Shown: positions 1-11,602 of the stretch, piece after piece
How the letters are laid out: every line of letters starts with the position of its first letter
How positions within the stretch are numbered: position 1 is the stretch's first letter
Position numbers and translations under genes: made by a program
From: an uncultured Anaerolineae bacterium
GTDB taxonomy: Bacteria > Chloroflexota > Anaerolineae > VGOG01
Reading direction: 5' to 3'
Assembly (NCBI GenBank): GCA_964510205.1
Contig: CAZEBW010000012.1
Location: 5,029-69,028 of the forward strand
DNA length: 64,000 nt
Notes under the pieces: generated by a model
Told to the model about the DNA's origin: nothing
Databases searched by the model: none
The model's input: the letters and a program-made list of their open reading frames with translations, nothing else

Positions 1-27
1 CATTCGCACACCAAAAGGAACCTTCCT

Positions 28-663
28 ATGCCTGACAAGCGAAAAAAGACCAAGATCGGGATGTTGGAGATACTCGACATCCTCAACCTGAGGGCCCCTG
101 GTACAGACGGGCCCTCGGTGGCCGACCTCGTCTTGCAGCAATGCCGTCCGTCAGAGACCTTCGACGACGCTCCGGCCTACCTGTTCGAGATAGACGGGGC
201 ATACGTGGACGTCTACGAGGTGGAAGGCGAGCCGCTGGAGGTCACCATCCGCTACGTCCTGAAAACAGATACATCGTCTCAAGAGACCCGCCCTAGCGCC
301 TCGCCCGTCTCTCCGCCCTCTGACGAGTCCACCCCCATGTACCTCATGACTGTGGAGTGGTGCTCCGACGGTCGCCGGGGCATCTTCGCCAGCCGCGACG
401 GGAAGCCCTTCTGCAAGGAGGGTGAGCCCCACACCGAGGAAGAGATGGACGAGGTGCTGGGCCCGTTCTGGATGATCCTCTCCCCCAAGTCGGAGCCGTT
501 CACCGAGGAGGAGGTTGCAGCCTGCACCTGCTTCCGCCCCCTGGCCCAGTTCAGCGAGGAGTACGGCATCGCACTCAGGCCAGAGCAGGTCGAGGGAGAG
601 CACCTTCGCGACGAAGACAGTCAGCCAAGAAAGTGTGAGATGGCAGAGGAGGTGATCGCATGA
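28..663 (+). CDS. hypothetical acidic protein
   Basis: 211-aa ORF; stop overlaps the next ORF start (ATGA); no recognisable motif. Confidence 0.4.
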   Translation: MPDKRKKTKIGMLEILDILNLRAPGTDGPSVADLVLQQCRPSETFDDAPAYLFEIDGAYVDVYEVEGEPLEVTIRYVLKTDTSSQETRPSASPVSPPSDESTPMYLMTVEWCSDGRRGIFASRDGKPFCKEGEPHTEEEMDEVLGPFWMILSPKSEPFTEEEVAACTCFRPLAQFSEEYGIALRPEQVEGEHLRDEDSQPRKCEMAEEVIA

Positions 664-965
664 TGGACTTGCTCAAAGCCAGCAAGAAGGCCTTTCGCAC
701 CCGTTCTCGCCACCAGGCCGACATCACCTACCTCCTCCCCCTCCAGATCCTCGTCCAACTGAAGGAGGCCATCGAGGAAGAGGAGGATCCCCGCGCTCGG
801 ATCGACACCCTCCAGGACGACATCACGGTCCTCCTGTTCGATCCCCAGCGCATCAACCCCCTCGACCGAGCGGATGAGATCGCAGGCATCATCCTGGATC
901 TCATGACCTCGTACCTGGGATATGGCGAAGAGCCAAAAGAGTCTCAAGGTGACGAAAGCAGTTAG
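660..965 (+). CDS. hypothetical protein
   Basis: 101-aa ORF translationally coupled to the upstream ORF (ATGA overlap). Confidence 0.35.
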   Translation: MMDLLKASKKAFRTRSRHQADITYLLPLQILVQLKEAIEEEEDPRARIDTLQDDITVLLFDPQRINPLDRADEIAGIILDLMTSYLGYGEEPKESQGDESS

Positions 966-1000
966 CGCCAACGACCAAAGCAATTAGATAACGCAAGAAG

Positions 1001-1810
1001 ATGACCATGCCCATAGTCCACATACAGGACGTCGGAAGCGAACAGGAGCTGATAGACTGCCAGGCACGGTTTGGCGAACTACCTGAGCCGATGCGCGAGA
1101 TGGACGAGGACCTCATCGACGATGACACCGTCACGATCAACGCCATCCCATCCACATCAGCCTTGATTCCCCTCCAAGCCCCCGTCCCCCCTCAGCTGGA
1201 GGAGGCCATCCGCTACCAGGGCCAGGCCCGCCACGTGGCCTTCTACTGGCAGCCGGCCGGCGACGAGGCCATGTACGACGACGCGCACGTCAGTGGCGAC
1301 GGTAACTGGTTGGCCTGGCTGGCCTACGTGGATCAGCCTGCCGACGCCCCCCATCTCCTGCGGTTATGCCAGACGTGCAATGGACGAGGCACGACCGACA
1401 CGCTCCACGACACTCCCTGCCTCGATTGCGACGGCGCGGGAGTCCATGTCCTCAATCTCGGCTCCCCCGATTACCCCACCGAGCTCTGGCTGATCCTGGA
1501 TCGCGAGGCCAGAAAAGCCTACACCGCGCCCGTACAAGCGGCACAGAGGCTCCTGGCCGAGCAGCGGACGCCAGAGCCCCAGTTGTCCGCCGAGGACGAG
1601 GCTGCCGTGGTCGAGGCGTTCGAGGAAGGCCTGGAGCAGTTCCAGCGCAACTGGCAGCCGCCCGGGGACGAGGAGCTCGCGGCCCAGATCATGGCGGCCA
1701 AAGAGCGATGCGCCGACGTGACCGATTGGCTGGATGGCCAGGTCGCGTGGGGAGGTCGCCACTGCCCCTCCTCGCCGATGAAGAAGGGGCAGAACACAAA
1801 ACGCAAATGA
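1001..1810 (+). CDS. hypothetical protein with CxxC...CxxC zinc-finger-like motif
   Basis: 269-aa ORF containing CQTCNGRG...CLDCDGAG; its 3' end runs into the 73-bp inverted repeat. Confidence 0.45.
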   Translation: MTMPIVHIQDVGSEQELIDCQARFGELPEPMREMDEDLIDDDTVTINAIPSTSALIPLQAPVPPQLEEAIRYQGQARHVAFYWQPAGDEAMYDDAHVSGDGNWLAWLAYVDQPADAPHLLRLCQTCNGRGTTDTLHDTPCLDCDGAGVHVLNLGSPDYPTELWLILDREARKAYTAPVQAAQRLLAEQRTPEPQLSAEDEAAVVEAFEEGLEQFQRNWQPPGDEELAAQIMAAKERCADVTDWLDGQVAWGGRHCPSSPMKKGQNTKRK

Positions 1811-1876
1811 AATCGTACCTTCCCCAAAAGCCTACACACCCTACAAAGCCTACACAACCCTACACACCCTACACCC
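1804..1876. repeat. 73-bp inverted repeat, copy A (partner at 43694-43766)
   Basis: the reverse complement of 43694-43766 matches 1804-1876 with one indel; contains about five tandem 9-mers of the form CCCTACACA. Confidence 0.8.
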
Positions 1877-1909
1877 CGGGAAAGCGATCGGCATAGCAAA
1901 CGATGAAGA

Positions 1910-1953
1910 GAAGCCCCTCGGAGGCACCCTGCCTCTGGGGGGCTTCTTTTTTT
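1910..1953 (+). terminator. putative intrinsic terminator
   Basis: GC-rich stem gaagcccc...ggggcttc followed by a T7 run. Confidence 0.6.
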
Positions 1954-2630
1954 CCCTCCCCCCGCGCCCCGACCGTCACCGCTGCCGTGCTGCCAACGAA
2001 GGGAAGGGGCGCCTCGTTTTTTGGAAATCGCTGCTATCTCCGTTCCCTTCGAGCAAAAAAGTGTGACCACACGGGGAACGCATTTCCGCCTGGGCCAGTG
2101 GACACACGTTGGGTACAGGCGCCTTGTCGATTGGAAGTTGCCGCCGCTTTCGTTCCTTTCAGAAGCGGAAATCTGACCCCGCGTCTCGGCCATCACCTCC
2201 ACCACGAATCATGGTGTGACCCCTGGGTGAGCCTCGGGCTGCTATGGCCCTGCTTCCTTGCCTGCCTTTGACGAATGTGGGGAAACTGCTGCCCAACTTC
2301 ACCCTCCTGCTAGAGTGGCCCTTTGGCTGATCATCAACGCCGCCAACGCAGCAGCCGCGAGGCCCTTGGACGCACGACAACAGCTCTGAGGGGGCAAGAC
2401 AATCAGGCATTTCCTGCTGCACTATCACAACAGAGCTTGAAGCTGCCCTGGCCGCCTTCTGGACATAGAACGAGGCCCATTTTCCGAAACTCGAGAAAGA
2501 ACCGTCGCAAACTGGATTATAGAGAGACTGGAATTCGACATATACGGGACTTTGTGGTATACTCGCTACCTGGATAGGGACGTATACAAAATAGAGCTAC
2601 CAAAGCAGCCAACCAGGGGGCGCCAAGACG

Positions 2631-3041
2631 ATGACTTGGGAACAGATGGAAGAGATGTGCGAAGACATTCACGGCAAGGTCGGCGAGACCGTTTATCGCC
2701 ACTATCCAGGCATTGCCCTGCAGCGCGTGCCGTACTACACCCCCACCAACCCCCGCAGTGGCAGGCAACAGACCTGGCGGACAATCTTCGCTGAGGGGAT
2801 CGCAGCCTGGCATGCCCTGACCGAGGAAGAGAAAGCGTGGTGGAAGGAGCAGGCCCAGAAGAGGGGCATGGTGGGCCAGCACTACTTCCAGAGCGTGTGG
2901 CTCAAGACCCACCGCTTGACAGGGGAGCCGTTCACCGTGGGCAGTACCATCATTGGCAGTGACGACTATGTCATCGCTGGCCAGCCCATCACCGTGGGCA
3001 CGTGGACCATCGGCTCTTCGGAATACGTCAAGGGTCCGTGA
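2631..3041 (+). CDS. hypothetical protein
   Basis: 136-aa ORF with plausible codon usage; no motif recognised. Confidence 0.35.
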   Translation: MTWEQMEEMCEDIHGKVGETVYRHYPGIALQRVPYYTPTNPRSGRQQTWRTIFAEGIAAWHALTEEEKAWWKEQAQKRGMVGQHYFQSVWLKTHRLTGEPFTVGSTIIGSDDYVIAGQPITVGTWTIGSSEYVKGP

Positions 3042-3834
3042 GGGGGACAGTTGAACAAGCCCACACAGGGCATCAAGGTGACGCTGCAATCCTACCTCGA
3101 GAGCCTGGGCCAGCCTGTCGGGGCACAATTGGCGGAGGGGTTCGACCGCATCCACGGGGGCATCCAAGAGCGCACCCATCAACCAGCTACCGCCACCGCA
3201 GCAGGAGATACTGATCATCATGCGGCGTCAGAGGTGCTCCACCAAGCGGATGACCACTTTCCTGAAGGCCGAGGGGCTGGACCATCCCAGTGACTCGCCT
3301 CTCCTACCAGGCTTGGTCGAGCTGGAGTTCGTCACCTACACAGCCTCGGGCGAGGAGGGGGTCTGATCGCTGATCGACAAGGGCAAGCTGGCGGCGGAGA
3401 TTCTGTGGTTCGGCCACAAGTTCCGTGACACGGCGCCACTGTTCAGGGCGATGGGCGGGGAAGTGAGCCAGGTTAGGCAGCAACCTTCACGGCACTCGGT
3501 CACGCACCATCCTGTTTGAGCGTGTCTTGTGGATGCTGCTGCGGGCTCTCCACGGCGCGCCTGCCGAGGCCGCCTGCGCTGCTCTCATCTGGCCGGCCTT
3601 GCAGCCAGGGGAGTTGGAGGGCGTCTTCCGCGAAGGAGAGGAGCGTTTGGGTCGGGGCTCGATGCGAGGGCAGAGTCGGGGTCATCTTTGAGGACGCTGG
3701 GGCTTGCATGGCTGGCGCAGGAGCGTGGTTGAGGATATTCCACGAGGAGACGGGGAAGGGGAGTGACAGAGAGGAGATGGGCAAGCGGCAGCTTGGCCGA
3801 GGCCGAGGGGGAGTTCCTAACACCGTGCCGGGAG

Positions 3835-4330
3835 AGCGTGAAACGTTTGTGAGGACCGACCTTAGCGCATTACTGGAAATCCGAGCGGAGAGTCCGAAAC
3901 GATCGTGAGACCAGTCCTTAGCGAGATACGAAAGCACCCAGGCGAGAGTGTGAAACGATCGTAAGGCCAGTCATTAGCGCGTCACCAACAATCCGAGAGG
4001 AAAGCGTCAAACTATCGTCAGGATCGTCCTTAGAGAGCCACGAGAAGTCTGACGAAAGAGCGTGAAAGCACTGTGAGGATCGTCATTAGCGCGTTACATG
4101 ACGTCTCACGAAAGCGCGTCAAACCATCGTGAAGATCGTCCTTATCGCGTTCCCACCCGTCTGCGAGGAGAGCGTGAAGAGATCGTGAGAATCGTCATTA
4201 GCGCGTTACGCAAAGCCTGACGAAAGAGCGTTGAAGCACTGTGAGGACCGATACTCGCGCGTTAGGGCCAGTCTACGAGTACAGCGCGAAATGATCGTCA
4301 AACCAGTCATTAGCGAGCCAATACAAGGTC
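3835..4330. repeat. degenerate tandem repeat, about 56-bp period, about 9 copies
   Basis: conserved core GAGCGTGAAAC(G)ATCGTGAGGAxCGTCxTTAGCGCG alternating with about 20-bp variable segments. Confidence 0.6.
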
Positions 4331-4435
4331 ACGAACAGAGCCCCAGCCGATCCTATAAGCGGACATCCGAGTACAACGACGGAAAAGCCAGTCCTGTGGA
4401 ACAGAGGACGGTTGCACTCTTACTACCGATCACCT

Positions 4436-5059
4436 CTAGAACAAATCGTCAAACAAGTCATCGTCATCCATCAGCTCGTAGGCGAGCATCTCGCCCGCAA
4501 TCTCTTCCGCGAGACTATGTCTGTGTCTCTCCTCCCAAGGAGCCACGCCTGTCTCCCACCACTCCCTGTATTCTTCGACCTCTTGCTCTAGCGTCTTCCA
4601 GTATCTTCTTCTTACCTCTTCCTCACGCGCCCACCGCCTTAACTCTCGAGCGGCCTGCCGTTCTGCCGCTCTTCTCTCCCGTTCCCTTCGCCTTCTCTCT
4701 ACCCATTCCTCGTACGCCCTGCGCTTCTTGCGTAGCCAGCCAGCACACTCGCTGCCTTTCTGGCGTACCCACCCGGCAATGCTTCGCTCTTTGCCTGCTG
4801 GCTTTGCCGATGGTGCTTCTGGCGTTAGCCGCTCAGCGACCGCCCTGCGGCTCAATATCTCGTTAACCTGCGCAAGGCCATTCATGGCTTCCTCGTTGGA
4901 GGCATCCAACTCAAGCGTCTGCTCGAAGTAGTCACGGGCCTGGTCATACCATCCCTGTTCAAATGCCATCTGGCCGTAGGTTATGAGTTGGTCCACGTCG
5001 GTCTCTGGACTGCTTGGCATGGCAAGAATACTCCCCAACGGAATGAGCTCGGTTGTCAA
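4436..5059 (-). CDS. hypothetical protein (TPR-like N-terminus, R/E-rich coiled-coil C-terminus)
   Basis: 207-aa ORF, composition typical of a real gene; lies next to the array trailer. Confidence 0.4.
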   Translation of the reverse strand: MTTELIPLGSILAMPSSPETDVDQLITYGQMAFEQGWYDQARDYFEQTLELDASNEEAMNGLAQVNEILSRRAVAERLTPEAPSAKPAGKERSIAGWVRQKGSECAGWLRKKRRAYEEWVERRRRERERRAAERQAARELRRWAREEEVRRRYWKTLEQEVEEYREWWETGVAPWEERHRHSLAEEIAGEMLAYELMDDDDLFDDLF

Positions 5060-5332
5060 GCTGGACGACGGACAGGCTTGCGAGTATGGTACGCTTGCCA
5101 GGCTGTCGCTGCACCCTAGCCATGCCCCTCGAAAGCCGAGGGGCTTCTTACGTTACGTTGTTGGTCTTGTTGTGTCGGGCCAGATTAGAATGTGCAGGTT
5201 CCACATACGTCTGCGAGCAGAGCTTGAGACCATCATGAAGACTGTCATCGGCGCGTTAACTAGAAGTTGCGACAAGGGCGCGGCACGGTCCTAAGGTCAT
5301 GCGACGACCCGACCATCCGATCACTCACTTCC

Positions 5333-8300
5333 GTTTCAGTCCCCCGAAGGGGGCTCGTCGTTTTTCTACTCCCATGTGCTGCCTTTGTTACTGCGACCGC
5401 TACGTCTCCGTTTCAGTCCCCCGAAGGGGATTCGTCGTTTTTCTACCCTCAACCTTGGCGGCGGCCTCTCTCCCGAAGCTCTTGTTTCAGTCCCCCGAAG
5501 GGGATTCGTCGTTTTTCTACGAAGTGGATAGAAGCAATATTAGTGTTAGCTGCTATACTCTTTAGTTTCAGTCCCCCGAAGGGGATTCGTCGTTTTTCTA
5601 CGAGAACACGGCGCTGGTTGCCAAGTCTGAGTGGAACGGGTTTCAGTCCCCCGAAGGGGATTCGTCGTTTTTCTACGAATGAGGCCCTGCAGTTCCGGTT
5701 GGTCGCCGGAGAGTTCCTCGCTAGTTTCAGTCCCCCGAAGGGGATTCGTCGTTTTTCTACCTGCGGCTCGCCAGTTCCCTGGGTGAGCGCGTTGCGGTGA
5801 TAGACGTTTCAGTCCCCCGAAGGGGATTCGTCGTTTTTCTACCAGACTGACAGGGGCTCAAGCGCAATACAGGGCCGAGCTTGTTTCAGTCCCCCGAAGG
5901 GGATTCGTCGTTTTTCTACTGATCGCTGTCGTTGCTCTGGTTCTGGTGGTGTGTATCGTTTCAGTCCCCCGAAGGGGATTCGTCGTTTTTCTACAGAGCA
6001 GCGAGGACAGGGCTTCCCGATCAACGAGCGTCTGGTTTCAGTCCCCCGAAGGGGATTGGTCGTTTTTCTACCGGTGCACTACTGCGTGGTTTGCGGGGAG
6101 GAAGATGCTTCCCACCGTTTCAGTCCCCCGAAGGGGATTCGTCGTTTTTCTACTTGTTTCTGGCTTGTGGTCGGACATGCAGTCCCGACCGCAGAAAGAT
6201 CAGGTTTCAGTCCCCCGAAGGGGATTCGTCGTTTTTCTACTTTACTTTACAAATTGCCGAGCGAGTAATGGCTGTGTCTTCGGCAGGTTTCAGTCCCCCG
6301 AAGGGGATTCGTCGTTTTTCTACCCGAAAGACTGGGCGGCGGAGTCAGATAATCTTATCTCGTTTCAGTCCCCCGAAGGGGATTCGTCGTTTTTCTACGA
6401 CGAGGTTGTACTCGTGGTACGCCGGCTCCCTTAACAGGTTTCAGTCCCCCGAAGGGGATTCGTCGTTTTTCTACACCCTGAGCAAGTCGCCGACGACCTA
6501 CCGTTCTAGCTAAGTTCTGGTTTCAGTCCCCCGAAGGGGATTCGTCGTTTTTCTACGCAATGGACGAGCTGTTTGGACGATTGCAAGGAAGGGAGTTTCA
6601 GTCCCCCGAAGGGGATTCGTCGTCTTTCTACCCGCGAGCACAAGCGCCCGCAGGACGAACGGGCACGGCAGGTTTCAGTCCCCCGAAGGGGATTCGTCGT
6701 TTTTCTACGAGGGCAGTGCGGAACTTGCCGGCGGAGATGAAAACAGAGTTTCAGTCCCCCGAAGGGGATTCGTCGTTTTTCTACACGATGTGGAGCCCGC
6801 CCGACGCAGCAAGCATAACCGGTTTCAGTCCCCCGAAGGGGATTCGTCGTTTTTCTACTGAATGAAGAAGACTGTCATGTGGACCTCTCTTCAGGTTTCA
6901 GTCCCCCGAAGGGGATTCGTCGTTTTTCTACGTGGCTGGAAGAGGAAGAGATTATAGACGAGGACCAGTTTCAGTCCCCCGAAGGGGATTCGTCGTTTTT
7001 CTACATGTTGAGTTGGCTGTTGAGCTCTTCGATGTGGTGCGTTTCAGTCCCCCGAAGGGGATTCGTCGTTTTTCTACGTTGTTTCGGGCTTACAACCGGG
7101 CCAGGGTAGCGGATCGTTTCAGTCCCCCGAAGGGGATTCGTCGTTTTTCTACGACGCGGAGATCAAAGCAATCGCTGCCGGCCTAGAGGTTTCAGTCCCC
7201 CGAAGGGGATTCGTCGTTTTTCTACGCTTACACGGGACTGGAGACAATCGGAGGTATGCCGTTTCAGTCCCCCGAAGGGGATTCGTCGTTTTTCTACCCA
7301 TGTCAGGTGATTATGATCACTTGCTTCAAACCATGGCGTTTCAGTCCCCCGAAGGGGATTCGTCGTTTTTCTACGAGGGAAGTCCTCTCCGACGCAGCGA
7401 TAGAGAGCTTCAGTTTCAGTCCCCCGAAGGGGATTCGTCGTTTTTCTACGAAATTGATGGGGACGCAGTCGAGGTAGCAGAAGCAGCGTTTCAGTCCCCC
7501 GAAGGGGATTCGTCGTTTTTCTACGAGCTTCCAGAACATAATGGACGAGGCTGACTTCCAAGCCAGTTTCAGTCCCCCGAAGGGGATTCGTCGTTTTTCT
7601 ACAATGGGCAGGGTCGAATCTCGATTTCGCCCAGCGGGTTTCAGTCCCCCGAAGGGGATTCGTCGTTTTTCTACCGGGCTGCTTCATCAAGCCCGTGCCC
7701 CGCCTCAGCGTTATCGTTTCAGTCCCCCGAAGGGGATTCGTCGTTTTTCTACTCAAGAATGTAGCCCCCAGGCCCAACCAGCTCGCGCGGTTTCAGTCCC
7801 CCGAAGGGGATTCGTCGTTTTTCTACAATTAAGTTCGACCACAAAACCACAAAAGATGGAACCAGGTTTCAGTCCCCCGAAGGGGATTCGTCGTTTTTCT
7901 ACGGCAACCAGCTCATGACACCGGAGATGCTGAGGTACGTTTCAGTCCCCCGAAGGGGATTCGTCGTTTTTCTACAAAATGAAATTCATCCGAGGCTTTT
8001 CAAAGAGAATCGTTTCAGTCCTCCGAAGGGGATTCGTCGTTTTTCTACAAACATAAAGTTTGCCCAAACGGGCAACTTACAAAGGAGTTTCAGTCCCCCG
8101 AAGGGGATTCGTCGTTTTTCTACCAGCTTCATGGAGGTACTAAACGAGTACTACCCAGAGGTTTCAGTCCCCCGAAGGGGATTCGTCGTTTTTCTACAAG
8201 CGACCAGCGTGATACCAGTACTTACTATATCCAAGTTTCAGTCCCCCGAAGGGGATTCGTCGTTTTTCTACCGGCTCAGTCATCTACGAGGTATCACACG

Positions 8301-10932
8301 TGAATCACTGGTTTCAGTCCCCCGAAGGGGATTCGTCGTTTTTCTACCTGCGGCCTGTGGGTAGCCATGAACACCAAGGGCCAAGTTTCAGTCCCCCGAA
8401 GGGGATTCGTCGTTTTTCTACTGGAGACAAAGAGCGCAGAACGTGGCTCAAGTGGACGTGTTTCAGTCCCCCGAAGGGGATTCGTCGTTTTTCTACTATG
8501 GGCACGGGAGCGAGACCATAACGGCCAAGAACCGTTTCAGTCCCCCGAAGGGGATTCGTCGTTTTTCTACCCATGACCAGGCTAATCACGTCTTTCTCAG
8601 AAACCGAGTTTCAGTCCCCCGAAGGGGATTCGTCGTTTTTCTACTATACTTAGTCAGGGCAGACAGTTATCTGTCCCTGAGGTTTCAGTCCCCCGAAGGG
8701 GATTCGTCGTTTTTCTACTCAAGGCCGCGGTCGCCGCAATCGAGAACGAACGCCGCGAGTTTCAGTCCCCCGAAGGGGATTCGTCGTTTTTCTACGCAGT
8801 CACAGGCGAGGGTCTGCCGCAACTGCGCGATAGATGTTTCAGTCCCCCGAAGGGGATTCGTCGTTTTTCTACCCGAGTTGCGAGGCGGCCTGGCGGTTTG
8901 GTAGGCAAGAGGCCAAGTTTCAGTCCCCCGAAGGGGATTCGTCGTTTTTCTACTAGACTACTACGAGGGCCTGGACTATCTCTATGAGGTTTCAGTCCCC
9001 CGAAGGGGATTCGTCGTTTTTCTACGGAAGTTTGCTGGCTCCGCATCAGCGCCTGGGGTAGACTGTTTCAGTCCCCCGAAGGGGATTCGTCGTTTTTCTA
9101 CCTGGCAACGCTTCAACTCTGGTCTGAGAGGCGGCATCCATCGTTTCAGTCCCCCGAAGGGGATTCGTCGTTTTTCTACACGATGAAGAGTCTGGCCGAT
9201 ACGGGGAAGGGCTACTTCGTTTCAGTCCCCCGAAGGGGATTCGTCGTTTTTCTACACGCCTTATCAACGAAACACCCGGTAGGCTAGGCATTTGGTTTCA
9301 GTCCCCCGAAGGGGATTCGTCGTTTTTCTACTTGCTTGACTTGCGTAAGGCGGAGCGGCTGGCGGATCGTTTCAGTCCTCCGAAGGGGATTCGTCGTTTT
9401 TCTACCCAGCACGCCTCCTGGGGCACTGTAGCGCGCTCCACGTTTCAGTCCCCCGAAGGGGATTCGTCGTTTTTCTACGGGTTGGCGCGTGTGTTGAGGG
9501 GGGAACATACCTCGAGTTTCAGTCCCCCGAAGGGGATTCGTCGTTTTTCTACGATATGCGAAGATCCGGCGAGGGCAGGGAAACGACTGCGCGTTTCAGT
9601 CCCCCGAAGGGGATTCGTCGTTTTTCTACCCCCGCTCGGAGCACACAGTTGGCCCGTTGTGTGGGGTTCGGGTTTCAGTCCCCCGAAGGGGATTCGTCGT
9701 TTTTCTACGCAAGCGCGGGGCTACGCTTTCGCAAGACGACAAACGCGTTTCAGTCCCCCGAAGGGGATTCGTCGTTTTTCTACGCAGTATCACCTCAATC
9801 TCCCAACCAATCTTTACAAGTTTCAGTCCCCCGAAGGGGATTCGTCGTTTTTCTACCTATACATAAAAATCAGACTACACAAAGGAGAATAAAAGTTTCA
9901 GTCCCCCGAAGGGGATTCGTCGTTTTTCTACGCTGATGACAAAGAAGAAGCTCATCGATCTGGAGAATAGACAACGTTTCAGTCCCCCGAAGGGGATTCG
10001 TCGTTTTTCTACTGTTAAGAGATGACTTTTGTGTATGAAGTAAAGGTTACGGTTTCAGTCCCCCGAAGGGGATTCGTCGTTTTTCTACTATCCAAGATCC
10101 AGAGGAAACAGCAAAACTGCAAAGTTTCAGTCCCCCGAAGGGGATTCGTCGTTTTTCTACTAGACCGGGAGGAGGTCCGGAAGGTCCTCTACCACAGCAA
10201 CAGGTTTCAGTCCCCCGAAGGGGATTCGTCGTTTTTCTACTAGAAGCTGCTCTCTGGGCTCTGCTCGCTAAGCTCTACGTGTTTCAGTCCCCCGAAGGGG
10301 ATTCGTCGTTTTTCTACCTAGCAAATGCCCAGTGGCATAGGGGTCAGTTGGATAGGGTTTCAGTCCCCCGAAGGGGATTCGTCGTTTTTCTACGTGGTCC
10401 AAGGCTGGCACGCCGCCCATGAGTGGTACTCCTCGTTTCAGTCCCCCGAAGGGGATTCGTCGTTTTTCTACGCGAGGTCACGGCTACAATAAGGGCAAGT
10501 TCTGGTCATATGCGTTTCAGTCCCCCGAAGGGGATTCGTCGTTTTTCTACGATTGACGAGGCCAGCGATCTACACGGGAACGTCTTGTTTCAGTCCCCCG
10601 AAGGGGATTCGTCGTTTTTCTACCAGGAAAGGAGAGAACAGTGAAGAACGATCTCGGTACTATCGTTTCAGTCCCCCGAAGGGGATTCGTCGTTTTTCTA
10701 CGGGTTTACACTCGTGGGATGCGGGAGAGCGAGACCTTCTGGTTTCAGTCCCCCGAAGGGGATTCGTCGTTTTTCTACCTGAAGCAGCTACTGGTTCCAG
10801 CAACCCGGGTATTGTGCCTGGTTTCAGTCCCCCGAAGGGGATTCGTCGTTTTTCTACGAGGCGTCTCGCTGGACGAGGAGGATGACCAAATTGAGGTTTC
10901 AGTCCCCCGAAGGGGATTCGTCGTTTTTCTAC
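5333..10932 (-). CRISPR. CRISPR array: 74 repeats of 37 bp, 73 spacers of 35-50 bp
   Basis: repeat GTTTCAGTCCCCCGAAGGGGATTCGTCGTTTTTCTAC on the plus strand, enumerated at 5333, 5410, ... 10896; the first (5333) copy is degenerate (GGGGGCTCG), consistent with a trailer end; minus-strand repeat ends ...CTGAAAC, giving an 8-nt Cas6 5' handle; leader and cas genes lie on the 10.9-kb side. Confidence 0.95.
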
Positions 10933-11222
10933 TGCTCTCTCCTGCTCCCGGTAGGGCGTAAACCCCACTTGGTCACCACTGCAATGCTCATTTGTCCCAT
11001 GTAGACACCTCCTTTTTGGGCTGGGGCCCCACTCGCGCCCCACTTTTTCGAAATCCGAGCATCGCCACATACCCCAAAAACCAGGGGGATGCTCGGTTTT
11101 CTCACTCCACTTTCTCTATATCTGCCACTGTGTTCAGCTCCACCCACTACCGATAGTGGGTGGAGGTCTCCTTTTTCCGAGCATCGCTAAAACACCGCCT
11201 ACCCCCCTCGATGCTCGGATTT
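10933..11222 (-). promoter_or_regulatory. CRISPR leader with two similar hairpin-forming elements
   Basis: AT-richer region between the last repeat and the cas2 stop; two copies of CCGAGCATCG-N22-CGATGCTCGG (about 11055-11097 and about 11177-11219) plus a CCCACTACCGATAGTGGGTGG hairpin. Confidence 0.5.
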
Positions 11223-11510
11223 TCACACTACGATGGCCCCAGGTTCCTCGTGCAGCACCTCTACCCCGCTGGTGACCTCTGTCTGGCGCACACACCCGGC
11301 GCAAAGGTAATAGTACCGCACTCTGTCTACCCTCGGCCTGATTACTCTGGCCGTGGCCTTCTTCATCCGCCTCAGTTCCTCCTTGTCCAGCAAGCACTCG
11401 AACACGCTGTACTGCACCGGCGAACCGTAGTTCAGCAGGGTGTTGTGCAGCTTCGTCCGCCGACGATCGTTGGAGATATCGTAGACTACAAGTACGAACT
11501 GCTTGCCCAT
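11223..11510 (-). CDS. cas2: Cas2
   Basis: MGKQFVLVVYDISNDRRRTKLHNTLLNYGSPVQYSVFEC matches the Cas2 signature; ATG at 11510 chosen over the upstream GTG ORF start. Confidence 0.85.
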   Translation of the reverse strand: MGKQFVLVVYDISNDRRRTKLHNTLLNYGSPVQYSVFECLLDKEELRRMKKATARVIRPRVDRVRYYYLCAGCVRQTEVTSGVEVLHEEPGAIVV

Positions 11511-11602
11511 AGTATATCTCGATCCAATCAAGATGGCAAACATGCAAAACGTGAAACGTGAGACGTAAGACGCGAGGCGTGAAACCCAGGGCCTGGAACG
11601 TT

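Noticed and set aside
1804-1876. Possibility that the 73-bp repeat is a tRNA or tRNA fragment serving as att site
   Set aside because: No cloverleaf-compatible structure or conserved tRNA boxes; the internal 9-mer tandem structure argues against it
1366-2205. Overlapping ORFs 1366..1896 (+) and 1519..2205 (-), Arg/Gly-rich
   Set aside because: High-GC frame artefacts overlapping a better plus-strand gene, the inverted repeat and the terminator
5267-10961. Dozens of 60-190-aa ORFs on both strands with recurring peptides (FQSPEGDSSFFY, VSVPRRGFVVFL, VEKRRIPFGGLK)
   Set aside because: They are translations of the 37-bp CRISPR repeat in three frames and not genes
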